Position numbers and translations under genes: made by a program. This document shows positions 16,280-23,736 of a stretch of 32,000 bases of DNA, piece by piece. The stretch spans positions 360,001 through 392,000 of the forward strand of contig OY969931.1 of NCBI GenBank assembly GCA_963704705.1. The letters run 5' to 3'. The notes under the pieces are model-generated. The model ran no database searches and was not told the origin of the DNA. It saw only the letters and a list, made by a program, of their open reading frames with translations. Position 1 is the first letter of the stretch; the number at the start of each line of letters is the position of its first letter. The stretch is from an uncultured bacterium (lineage in GTDB: Bacteria; Patescibacteriota; Gracilibacteria; UBA1369; PNNO01).

Positions 16280-17437
16280 ATGGAAGATTTTCGTACGATA
16301 TTAATATTAATGGTGGTTGTATGGGTAATGGGAAAGCTATTTAGAGCTATAAAATTACCTGTAATTTTTGGTGAACTTGCTGGAGGTATAATTGTGGGGC
16401 CTCTTGTTTTGGGTTTAATAAATCCCGATAGCCATACCATCAAGCTTCTTGCCGAACTTGGCGTTTTCTTTTTGATGCTTCATTCCGGGCTCGAAACTGA
16501 TCCCAGCGAACTTTTACAATCATCTAAAAAATCAATACTTGTAGCAGCAATGGGTATATTATTACCGTTTTTTGGAGGTTATTTTGTATCAATGGCATTT
16601 GGCAGATCTTTTGATGAATCGATATTTATAGCTATGGGACTTTCTATTACAGCAATTGCAATTTCAGCAAGATTGTTCAAAGAATATAAACTGACAAAAA
16701 CTAACACCGCACATATTACTCTTGGTGCAGCTTTAATTGATGACATTTTTGCGCTGATGATGTTTTCGATTGTTTTAAATATAGTTGAGACAGGAAATAT
16801 TGAGTTAATGCCTATTCTAATATTAATTGCTAAAGTCTCATTGTTTTTTGGAGTTGTTATTATCGGCGGATTCAAACTTCAAAAATATATTGGAAAGTTT
16901 TTAAGCAGCAAGGGATTTACATTTACATTAATAATTGCGCTTGCGCTTGGCTTAATTGCAGAAAGCATTGGCTTACATATGATAATCGGTGCATTTCTTG
17001 CCGGCTTATTTATTAGAGAAGAAGTAGTTGATTCAAAAATATTTCATAAAATTGAGGATAGGATATATGGCTTAAGTTACAGCTTTTTGGGTCCAATATT
17101 TTTTGCGAGTCTTGCTTTCCATTTGGATTTCACGGCGTTTACAGAAGCTCCTTTGTTTTTGGCTGCAATTTTACTTGTGGCAATATTAGGTAAAGTTATT
17201 GGAGCGGGAGGTGCAGCATATTTGCAAAAAGTTAATTTGAAATCTTCGCTAATCATAGGTTTGGCAATGAACAACAGAGGTGCAGTAGAACTGATCATTG
17301 CTTCAATTGGTATTCAAATGGGGATTATTGGTGCAGATGTATTTTCAATTTTAGTACTTATGGCTTTTGTTACAACTTTATTTTCAATTCTCACAATTAC
17401 TCCTTTAGCAAAAAAATTTAACAAACAATTATTATGA
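16280..17437 (+). CDS. Cation:proton antiporter, CPA2 family (Kef/NapA-like)
   Basis: 385 aa. The N-terminal region KLPVIFGELAGGIIVGP ... LAELGVFFLMLHSGLE is typical of Na_H_exchanger / CPA2. Confidence 0.85.
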   Translation: MEDFRTILILMVVVWVMGKLFRAIKLPVIFGELAGGIIVGPLVLGLINPDSHTIKLLAELGVFFLMLHSGLETDPSELLQSSKKSILVAAMGILLPFFGGYFVSMAFGRSFDESIFIAMGLSITAIAISARLFKEYKLTKTNTAHITLGAALIDDIFALMMFSIVLNIVETGNIELMPILILIAKVSLFFGVVIIGGFKLQKYIGKFLSSKGFTFTLIIALALGLIAESIGLHMIIGAFLAGLFIREEVVDSKIFHKIEDRIYGLSYSFLGPIFFASLAFHLDFTAFTEAPLFLAAILLVAILGKVIGAGGAAYLQKVNLKSSLIIGLAMNNRGAVELIIASIGIQMGIIGADVFSILVLMAFVTTLFSILTITPLAKKFNKQLL

Positions 17438-18009
17438 AAAAAACAATTGTATTAATTGCAGCTATAATGCTTTTTGCAGGCTGTACTACAACTCAAACAG
17501 ATGATACAGCCACGAATGATAAAACATTAACCGAACAAAAAATGCAAACCAATCGTCATGCAATTATCGAAACAAACATGGGAACAATGGAACTTGAACT
17601 CTTTGAAGATAAAGCTCCAATTACAACAAAAAATTTTATTGATCTTGCTGAAAAAGGTTTTTATGACGGTGTAATTTTTCATAGGGTAATTGAAGGATTT
17701 ATGATTCAGGGAGGTGATCCAACAGGAACCGGAATGGGTGGCCCAGGATATTCAATTGATGATGAATTCGGCCCTGGTTTAAAATTTGACAAAGAAGGAG
17801 TTTTGGCAATGGCAAACAGCGGCCCTAATACAGGCGGCAGCCAATTCTTTATTACTTTGGCGCCAACTGAATGGCTAGACGGACATCATGCTATTTTCGG
17901 ACAGCTTGTTAAAGGAATGGATGTTCTTGAAAAAATTGGATCTGTTGAAACAGATGCGCATGATAAACCTTTGGAAGATGTGGTTATGGAGAAGGTGACT
18001 ATTAAGTAA
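17434..18009 (+). CDS. Cyclophilin-type peptidyl-prolyl cis-trans isomerase, lipoprotein-anchored
   Basis: A lipobox LFAGC follows the signal peptide. Cyclophilin motifs are FHRVIEGFMIQGGDPTGTGMGG, AMANSGPNTGGSQFFI and LDGHHAIFG. The start overlaps the upstream stop (ATGA). Confidence 0.9.
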   Translation: MKKTIVLIAAIMLFAGCTTTQTDDTATNDKTLTEQKMQTNRHAIIETNMGTMELELFEDKAPITTKNFIDLAEKGFYDGVIFHRVIEGFMIQGGDPTGTGMGGPGYSIDDEFGPGLKFDKEGVLAMANSGPNTGGSQFFITLAPTEWLDGHHAIFGQLVKGMDVLEKIGSVETDAHDKPLEDVVMEKVTIK

Positions 18010-18451
18010 TTTGTAAGAATAGAAGCTGTAAAAGTGCTACGGCAACATTTATTAATATCATAATTATTGCTTGGATGATCATTAGTCCAATTGTTTTTAG
18101 GACACCAATATTGAATAACCTCATAATGAAAATGAAAAGAACTATTAATAAAATAGTTCCTACTGAAACAAGTATTAAGGATAAACCAGCAAAATCAATT
18201 AATAACATCATTAAAAATCCTAAAACACCTACTGTAATGCATTTATAGAATGAACTTGAAATTCCTAAAATTAATGTCCCAAAATATAAGGCAACTACTG
18301 AATCTGTAAAATTACTAATAATTACCATAGTTTTTATATAGGAAGGAATTGGATATGGTTCATTGAAGATTGCATAAGTGCTGTTAATTATTACAGCAGT
18401 AATGCTGATTAGTAAAAATATCCAGAATATGGTTTTTTCTTTATTCTTCAT
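18002..18451 (-). CDS. Hypothetical polytopic membrane protein
   Basis: 149 aa with 4 hydrophobic helices. Its start overlaps the folA stop by 11 nt, which suggests co-transcription with thyA-folA. No motif recognised. Confidence 0.5.
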   Translation of the reverse strand: MKNKEKTIFWIFLLISITAVIINSTYAIFNEPYPIPSYIKTMVIISNFTDSVVALYFGTLILGISSSFYKCITVGVLGFLMMLLIDFAGLSLILVSVGTILLIVLFIFIMRLFNIGVLKTIGLMIIQAIIMILINVAVALLQLLFLQIT

Positions 18452-18971
18452 TTTTTAGGATTAATAAAAAATCAAAATTGATACCTTTTTCTTCGCCTTC
18501 ACCGAGTTTTGTTGTTTTTGAAAAATGCTCAGGTACTTTTGGATAAAAAGCATCGCAATCGAAAACTTCGTTAACTCGTGTAATGTAAAGGCCTGTTAAA
18601 TCATCGCGGTGAATTGTGTGTTGATAAACTGAAGCGCCGCCGATTATATAAATTGTTTCAATTGAATCATCAGCGGATGCAATTGCATCTTCAATATTAT
18701 TAAATACTTCTGCTCCGTTTAATTTTAGGTTTGGATCTGTACTTAAAACAACATTAACTCTGTCTTTTAGTGGCTTATGGTTTGTGGGAATCGAATGCCA
18801 GGTAGTTTTGCCCATTATAACCATATTTTTTTTATTTGGGTCTTTTGTCTCGGTTGTAATGTCCTGAAAAAATTTCATGTCCTGTTTAAGATGCCATGGA
18901 AGCTGGCCATTTTTTCCTATTCCATGCTGATCATCAGCAGCGACTACGTGGTAGATTTTATGTTTCATCAT
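18441..18971 (-). CDS. folA: Dihydrofolate reductase
   Basis: 176 aa. Diagnostic segments are [41 protein letters not shown] and IIGGASVY. The gene overlaps the thyA stop by 4 nt. Confidence 0.85.
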   Translation of the reverse strand: MMKHKIYHVVAADDQHGIGKNGQLPWHLKQDMKFFQDITTETKDPNKKNMVIMGKTTWHSIPTNHKPLKDRVNVVLSTDPNLKLNGAEVFNNIEDAIASADDSIETIYIIGGASVYQHTIHRDDLTGLYITRVNEVFDCDAFYPKVPEHFSKTTKLGEGEEKGINFDFLLILKNEE

Positions 18972-19783
18972 ACTGCAATTTTAAATTTTATAAATGGTTC
19001 GTGCTTGTAATTTTCAAGAGTAAAATCTTCGAGAGTGATTTCATCAAAAGGTTTTTTTGCGAGTTTAAGTTGTGGAAGTTTATGTGAAGTTCGTTTTAGC
19101 TGCTCTTCCAATCCTTCAATATGATTTTTATAAATATGTGCATCTCCAAGTGTATGTGTAAAGATTCCAGGCTCAAGATCACACTCCTGCGCAACCATAA
19201 TCATTAATGCGCTGTAGCTCGCAATGTTATATGGAACACCAAGCGCGATATCAGCACTGCGCTGATACAACTGACAATCTAATCGACCATTTACTACATA
19301 AAATTGAAAGAAAGCGTGGCAAGGTGGCAGAGCCATTCGCGGAAGATCAGCAGGATTCCATGCGCTTACGATAATTCTTCGGGATGTTGGATTGTTTTTT
19401 ATTAGATCGAGTGCCTGTGCGATTTGGTCAACGTGGGTCATTTTGCATTTGCCTGTTTCAGGGTCCTTTTCATATCGTTCCCATTTTCTCCATTGATAGC
19501 CATAAATCGGCCCAAGCTCACCGTTTTCGTCAGCCCATTCATTCCAGATTTTTGTGTGAGGAAGCAGGCCGTCGTTAATATTTGTTGCTCCTTTTAAAAA
19601 CCATAAAAGCTCACGAATAATATTTTCGATGCTAACTTTTTTTGTTGTAACAAGAGGAAATCCATCCCTAAGATCATATTTTGTCTGGGTTCCGAAAACC
19701 GAAAGAATACCGGTACCTGTTCGATCAGGCTTTTCTTCGCCGTTTTCTAAAACATGTTTTACAAGGTCCAGATATTGCTTCAT
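18968..19783 (-). CDS. thyA: Thymidylate synthase (ThyA type)
   Basis: 271 aa. Diagnostic segments are [22 protein letters not shown], the active site [31 protein letters not shown] and GDAHIY. Confidence 0.95.
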   Translation of the reverse strand: MKQYLDLVKHVLENGEEKPDRTGTGILSVFGTQTKYDLRDGFPLVTTKKVSIENIIRELLWFLKGATNINDGLLPHTKIWNEWADENGELGPIYGYQWRKWERYEKDPETGKCKMTHVDQIAQALDLIKNNPTSRRIIVSAWNPADLPRMALPPCHAFFQFYVVNGRLDCQLYQRSADIALGVPYNIASYSALMIMVAQECDLEPGIFTHTLGDAHIYKNHIEGLEEQLKRTSHKLPQLKLAKKPFDEITLEDFTLENYKHEPFIKFKIAV

Positions 19784-19804
19784 GTTAAGTGGTTAGGCTG
19801 CTTT

Positions 19805-19833
19805 ATATTAAAGGGTGGGATAGTGAAAGTAAA
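19805..19833 (-). promoter_or_regulatory. Candidate thyA promoter
   Basis: The minus strand reads TTTACT-(17 nt)-TAATAT, about 20 nt upstream of the thyA ATG. Confidence 0.3.
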
Positions 19834-19839
19834 GTTTTG

Positions 19840-19861
19840 AAAGTGGTCCCGGTCCCACTTT
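19840..19861. promoter_or_regulatory. Inverted repeat enclosing a tandem GGTCCC pair in the thyA / DUF763 divergent region
   Basis: AAAGTGG-tcccggtc-CCACTTT has 7-bp arms. Its interior reads GGTCCCGGTCCC. It lies just upstream of both predicted -35 elements and no gene is available for it to terminate. Confidence 0.3.
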
Positions 19862-19906
19862 TAGTTAAATAACCACAATATTGCTATCTGTGCAACCTCC
19901 TTTGTC

Positions 19907-19934
19907 TTGCCATCTTCACTTAACCTGATATATT
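19907..19934 (+). promoter_or_regulatory. Candidate promoter for the DUF763-IMPase-umuDC unit
   Basis: TTGCCA-(16 nt)-TATATT lies 42 nt upstream of the ATG at 19976. Confidence 0.4.
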
Positions 19935-19938
19935 GGAA

Positions 19939-19956
19939 GGTGAGTGCGCACTCACC
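19939..19956. promoter_or_regulatory. 18-bp perfect palindrome at the predicted transcription start (operator or 5-prime terminal hairpin)
   Basis: GGTGAGTGC|GCACTCACC begins 5 nt after the -10 hexamer. It is GC-rich against an AT-rich background. Confidence 0.5.
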
Positions 19957-19975
19957 ATAAATAACTATTACAAAA

Positions 19976-21142
19976 ATGCGGCGAGGAATAGCAACAATGA
20001 CGCTTGATTACGGCAAATGTCCCAAATGGCTGTTCGAAAGAATGGTCAAACTTGGTCGTGAAATGATGCAGGTTTTAATTGCTGAATTTGGGCCGGATGA
20101 ATTTATTCGCCGTATTTCTGACCCTGTGTGGTTCCAGTCACTTGGAACTGTTTTGGCTTTTGACTGGAATGCAAGCGGCCTCACAACAATTTTGACTGCT
20201 GCATTAAAAGAAGCGGTTCGTGGAATGGAACGTCAATTGGGGATTTTTATTTGCGGAGGCAAAGGCAAAACTTCGCTTAAAACTCCTGACCAAATTACTA
20301 ATTGGGGAGCATGGCTAAGCCTGCCTGACCAGCATGTTAATAACCTTGTTTATAATTCAAAGATGAGCGCAAAGGTTGATACAGCCCTGATTCAGGATGG
20401 ATTTGATATTTATCATCATGCTTTTTTCTTTTCGAAAAATGGTGCATGGGCTGTTATCCAGCAGGGAATGAATAAGGTTAAAAAGTCGGCACGTAGATAT
20501 CATTGGTCATCTGACAGTGCAACTGATTTAATTGTTGAGCCTCATAAAGGGATTGTGTCGGACCCTTGGCAGCAAAAAACCCTGAATATGACTTCGCGTG
20601 ATTCCGAAGGCAATAAACAGCTTACAGTCGACATAATTTCAACCGGAAAATATTACAATTTAATGAAAGATATACAGATTTTAAGAAGACACTCGTCACA
20701 TTTGTCGCAAATGGTATCTATGAAGATTAATAAAGACCAGTTAACACTGCTTAATTTGGAGCATCGCGAATTCAAAACTCACCCTGTGATGACAGAAGAT
20801 TTTTCACGCAGCAAATATCTTGATAAAATTTTATGGAAGGTTTGCGATGAACAGCCGAGATCTTATGAATCACTTCTTGCAATGCCCGGAGTAGGACCAA
20901 AAACAATAAGAGCTTTATCGCTTGTTTCCGAGGTTGTTTATGGAGCGCCAGCTTCTTATAAAGATCCTGCGCGTTACAGTTTTGCTCATGGCGGTAAAGA
21001 TGCCACGCCTTATCCAGTTAACAGAAGGAGAATGGATAATTCAATTGAGTTTTTTAAAAAGGCTGTGGAAAAAACAGGATTTAGTTATACTGAAAAGAGA
21101 AATGCAATTAACCGTCTTAATAATCATGGACAAATACACTAA
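19976..21142 (+). CDS. DUF763-family protein (uncharacterised; contains a helix-hairpin-helix-like motif)
   Basis: 388 aa. The N-terminus RRGIATMTLDYGKCPKWLFERMVKLGREM and the C-terminal LLAMPGVGPKTIRALSLVSEVVYG ... YSFAHGGKDATPYPV match my recollection of DUF763 (Pfam PF05559). The family name is from memory and unverified. Confidence 0.65.
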   Translation: MRRGIATMTLDYGKCPKWLFERMVKLGREMMQVLIAEFGPDEFIRRISDPVWFQSLGTVLAFDWNASGLTTILTAALKEAVRGMERQLGIFICGGKGKTSLKTPDQITNWGAWLSLPDQHVNNLVYNSKMSAKVDTALIQDGFDIYHHAFFFSKNGAWAVIQQGMNKVKKSARRYHWSSDSATDLIVEPHKGIVSDPWQQKTLNMTSRDSEGNKQLTVDIISTGKYYNLMKDIQILRRHSSHLSQMVSMKINKDQLTLLNLEHREFKTHPVMTEDFSRSKYLDKILWKVCDEQPRSYESLLAMPGVGPKTIRALSLVSEVVYGAPASYKDPARYSFAHGGKDATPYPVNRRRMDNSIEFFKKAVEKTGFSYTEKRNAINRLNNHGQIH

Positions 21143-21914
21143 ATTTGCTCTGCAAATAGCCAAAAAAGCCGCGACTCGCCTGATGAAGGATTTTAAAAAA
21201 TTCGATCCATCAACGCGCGGAACTCCAAAAGAAATCAAAACCCGCTTTGACGAAATTATTGATAAAATGCTGATTCGCGAAATTTCAAAAGAGTTCCCAA
21301 AGCATTCTTTGTTAACCGAAGAGTCAGGGTGGATTCCAAGAAGCGCTGATTTTTTGTGGATCATCGACCCTTTGGACGGCACAGGAAATTTTATGAATGG
21401 CAACCCGTTTTTTGCGATTTCTATTGCTCTTTGGATTAATGGAAAACCTCACTGCGGTGTGATCGAGGCTCCTGCACTTAACGAAACCTTTGTGGCGCAA
21501 GCAGGGGATGGCGCTTACTTTTACAGAGCCGGCCAAAAATCAAAAGCAACCTTAAGCAAAACTGTGGATCTAAAAAAAGCATATTTAACTTTTTGCGAAG
21601 GCGGAACAAAAGAGAAAAAGCGTGTTCTAAACTATGTTACGCAATTTTACGATCAGGTTAAAGATATGAGAAAGCTCGGCTCAGCAGCACTTGAATGCGC
21701 ATGGGTTGGAATAGGGCGCGCTGATGCTTACATAACTCCGTGCATTTCTTTATGGGATATTGCAGCAGGAATGATTTTTGTAAAAGAGGCTGGAGGCCGT
21801 AACCTTGATTTTAATTTAAAGCCTTACACGCCAAAACAGTTAATCGAAAACTGGGAATCCATTAACTTGGTCGCAGCTAATAAAGTGCTTAAATTAAACC
21901 AAATTAAATATTAA
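21126..21914 (+). CDS. Inositol monophosphatase (IMPase/SuhB/CysQ) family phosphatase
   Basis: From the ATG at 21126 (MDKYTKFALQIAKKA...) the metal-binding motifs are LLTEESG, WIIDPLDGTGNF and WDIAAG. The longer track ORF (start 20922) is rejected because it would overlap DUF763 by 221 nt. Confidence 0.8.
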   Translation: MDKYTKFALQIAKKAATRLMKDFKKFDPSTRGTPKEIKTRFDEIIDKMLIREISKEFPKHSLLTEESGWIPRSADFLWIIDPLDGTGNFMNGNPFFAISIALWINGKPHCGVIEAPALNETFVAQAGDGAYFYRAGQKSKATLSKTVDLKKAYLTFCEGGTKEKKRVLNYVTQFYDQVKDMRKLGSAALECAWVGIGRADAYITPCISLWDIAAGMIFVKEAGGRNLDFNLKPYTPKQLIENWESINLVAANKVLKLNQIKY

Positions 21915-21957
21915 AATTACAGACGTTTATTTAGCATCTTCAAAAAAAGGCAAAAAA

Positions 21958-22332
21958 GTGCCTGTGTATGCTGGTGTGGTTGCGGGGTTTCCTTCACCGG
22001 CAGATGATTTTCTGGAAGAAAAATTGGATCTTAATGAAAAGCTTATTCGTCATCCTGCCGCAACTTTTTTTGTTCGCGTAGCAGGCAATTCAATGATAAA
22101 AGCAGGTATTCATTCAGGAGATATGTTGATTGTTGATCGCTCTCTTGAGCCAAAAACAGGCAGCGTGGTTGTTGCCGTAGTTAATGGTGAGTTTACTGTA
22201 AAACGAATCAGCAATCAGGGTGATAAGCTTTATCTGATGCCTGAGAATCCGCGTTTTCAGCCAATTCAAATAACTGATGATTCCAATTTTCAGGTTTGGG
22301 GAGTTGTCACTAATGTAATTCATACAGTATGA
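21958..22332 (+). CDS. umuD: UmuD-like S24 peptidase, the self-cleaving subunit of error-prone polymerase V
   Basis: 124 aa from GTG. It aligns by eye to E. coli UmuD: A|GFPSPADDF (cleavage site), GNSM (Ser nucleophile), GDMLIVD and GEFTVKR (Lys). It has no DNA-binding domain, so it is not LexA. Start uncertain (see findings). Confidence 0.85.
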   Translation: MPVYAGVVAGFPSPADDFLEEKLDLNEKLIRHPAATFFVRVAGNSMIKAGIHSGDMLIVDRSLEPKTGSVVVAVVNGEFTVKRISNQGDKLYLMPENPRFQPIQITDDSNFQVWGVVTNVIHTV

Positions 22333-23594
22333 CTTTTGCGCTTGTGGACTGTAATAATTTTTATGCTTCTTGTGAGCGGGTTTTTAATCCAAAACTCGAG
22401 GGCAAACCCGTGGTCGTGCTTTCAAATAATGATGGTGTGATTATTGCGCGTTCAAATGAGGCAAAGGCACTTGGAATTAAAATGGCCACACCGATTTTTA
22501 AAGTTCAGGATATTATCGACCGCTACCATGTAAATGTTTTTTCATCGAATTATGTTTTGTATGGTGATATGTCACATCGTGTGATTTCGATTTTGCGCGA
22601 CAGCGCGTCTGAGGTTGAAGTTTATTCAGTTGATGAAGCGTTTTTAAAACTTGATGGTCTTCAGGAAGATCTATCAAAATTTGGCAGTGCAATACGCGAT
22701 AAAGTTAAGAAGTGGACAGGTATTCCGATTTCAGTTGGTATAGCGGAGACAAAAACCCTAGCAAAAGTAGCCAACGAGTTAGCCAAAAAAAATCCTCAAT
22801 ATCAAGGAGTTCTTGATTTTTCAGACCTTCGCGAAGATATGATAGACAAATATTTGGTGCAACTCGACATAAGTGATGTCTGGGGAATTGGCCGCAAGCT
22901 TTCTCCTATGCTGCGAATTCATGGAATAAAGACAGCTCGGGATCTTAAGTATGCTTCTGACCAGTGGATTAGAAAATGCATTAATGTTCTGGGCTTAAAA
23001 ACAGTTCATGAGCTTCGCGGCATACCATGCATTCAGCTGGAAGAAAATCCAGCTCCAAAAAAATCAATTGCAAGTACCCGTTCTTTTGGCAGGCCGGTTT
23101 TAAGTTTAACTGAACTCAAACAGGCGGTTGCCCTTTACTGCACAATAGCTTCGGAAAAGTTAAGAGAGGCTAGGCAGGTTGCATCCGCAATTCAGGTTTT
23201 TATCCATACAAATTTTCACAGACAAGATCAAGCTCAATATTCAAATTCAGCTGCAACAATGTTTCCTCGGCCAACTTCTCATACTCCAACAATGATTAAA
23301 TCTGCACATAAATTGCTGGAGCAACTTTACAAACCCGGCTATAAATACAAAAAAGCAGGAATTATTCTTACTAAACTTATGCCAAAAGATCAAATCCAGC
23401 TGGATCTTTTTAATGAACACAAATCAAATCCACGCAACGATCGCATTATGCAGACTCTCGATAAAGTAAACGCAAAATACGGCCGCAACACGCTCAGCCT
23501 TGCCGCACTAGGAATAACAAAACCATGGAAAATGAGGCAGCTTAGAAAATCCAAAAGGTTCACAACAAGCTGGCAGGAAGTGATTACGATATAA
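22329..23594 (+). CDS. umuC: UmuC, Y-family translesion DNA polymerase subunit
   Basis: 421 aa. MTFALVDCNNFYASCERVFNPKLEGKPVVVLSNNDGVIIARSNEAKALGIKM closely parallels the E. coli UmuC N-terminus. The catalytic SVDEAFL is present. The start overlaps the umuD stop (ATGA). Confidence 0.9.
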   Translation: MTFALVDCNNFYASCERVFNPKLEGKPVVVLSNNDGVIIARSNEAKALGIKMATPIFKVQDIIDRYHVNVFSSNYVLYGDMSHRVISILRDSASEVEVYSVDEAFLKLDGLQEDLSKFGSAIRDKVKKWTGIPISVGIAETKTLAKVANELAKKNPQYQGVLDFSDLREDMIDKYLVQLDISDVWGIGRKLSPMLRIHGIKTARDLKYASDQWIRKCINVLGLKTVHELRGIPCIQLEENPAPKKSIASTRSFGRPVLSLTELKQAVALYCTIASEKLREARQVASAIQVFIHTNFHRQDQAQYSNSAATMFPRPTSHTPTMIKSAHKLLEQLYKPGYKYKKAGIILTKLMPKDQIQLDLFNEHKSNPRNDRIMQTLDKVNAKYGRNTLSLAALGITKPWKMRQLRKSKRFTTSWQEVITI

Positions 23595-23639
23595 AAAAAG
23601 GCAGTTTTAAGCCGTGCCCGGGGCAACAAAGTGAATCGA

Positions 23640-23702
23640 TTAGCAGCATCCGCCTTTACAACATCCGCCACCTTTGCAACATCCTCCTTTAGAAATTAAC
23701 AT
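23640..23702 (-). CDS. Unannotated micro-ORF encoding a 20-aa Cys/Gly/Lys peptide, MLISKGGCCKGGGCCKGGCC
   Basis: The minus strand reads ATG TTA ATT TCT AAA GGA GGA TGT TGC AAA GGT GGC GGA TGT TGT AAA GGC GGA TGC TGC TAA. The three KGG(G)CC units differ from one another only at third codon positions, plus one extra Gly codon. The ORF has its own predicted promoter, and a T7 run follows 30 nt after the stop. Confidence 0.4.
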   Translation of the reverse strand: MLISKGGCCKGGGCCKGGCC

Positions 23703-23736
23703 ATTTAAGTTGGTTAATAATATATTTGTGTATGAC

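Noticed and set aside
19784-19975. Known folate-related riboswitch (THF-I, THF-II/folE, ZTP/pfl) or a tRNA in the thyA upstream region
   Set aside because: I could not recognise the conserved cores I remember for these classes, for example the ZTP CCGCCTGGGC-type 3-prime element. No T-loop (GGTTCGAATCC-like) or cloverleaf is present. The predicted thyA promoter leaves only about a 20-nt leader. A covariance-model scan is needed for a definitive answer.
20922-21125. Long N-terminal extension of the IMPase ORF
   Set aside because: It would overlap the DUF763 gene by 221 nt. Its translation (MFPRLFMERQLLIKILRVTVLL...) has no IMPase similarity. The internal ATG at 21126 gives a normal IMPase N-terminus.
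21915-21957. SOS (LexA) box directly upstream of umuD
   Set aside because: Only an isolated ACAG is present. There is no CTGT-N8-ACAG and no GAAC-N4-GTTC palindrome. The same holds for CTGT at 19887-19890, which has no ACAG partner 8 nt away.
23595-23639. Strong bidirectional terminator between umuC and the micro-ORF
   Set aside because: Only a 4-bp GGCA/TGCC stem with an 11-nt loop precedes the T7 run on the minus strand. The CCCCGGG centre cannot form a stable hairpin. It is at best a weak terminator, so I did not list it as a feature.
23390-23671. 93-aa minus-strand track ORF (MADVVKADAANRF...) overlapping the Cys-rich region
   Set aside because: Most of it is antisense to the highly conserved umuC 3-prime end. 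It starts at a GTG inside the micro-ORF repeat, in a different frame. The wobble-only variation between repeats supports the KGGCC frame, not this one.
23683-23692. ATCCTCCTTT on the plus strand resembling the 16S rRNA 3-prime end (anti-SD)
   Set aside because: It has no rRNA context. It is simply the complement of AAAGGAGGAT (Lys-Gly-Gly-Cys codons) in the micro-ORF.
8376-23702. Cys-rich micro-ORF as the substrate of the B12-radical SAM enzyme (RiPP pair)
   Set aside because: The two are 13 kb apart, with many unrelated housekeeping genes between them. Nothing in the sequence supports a functional link.
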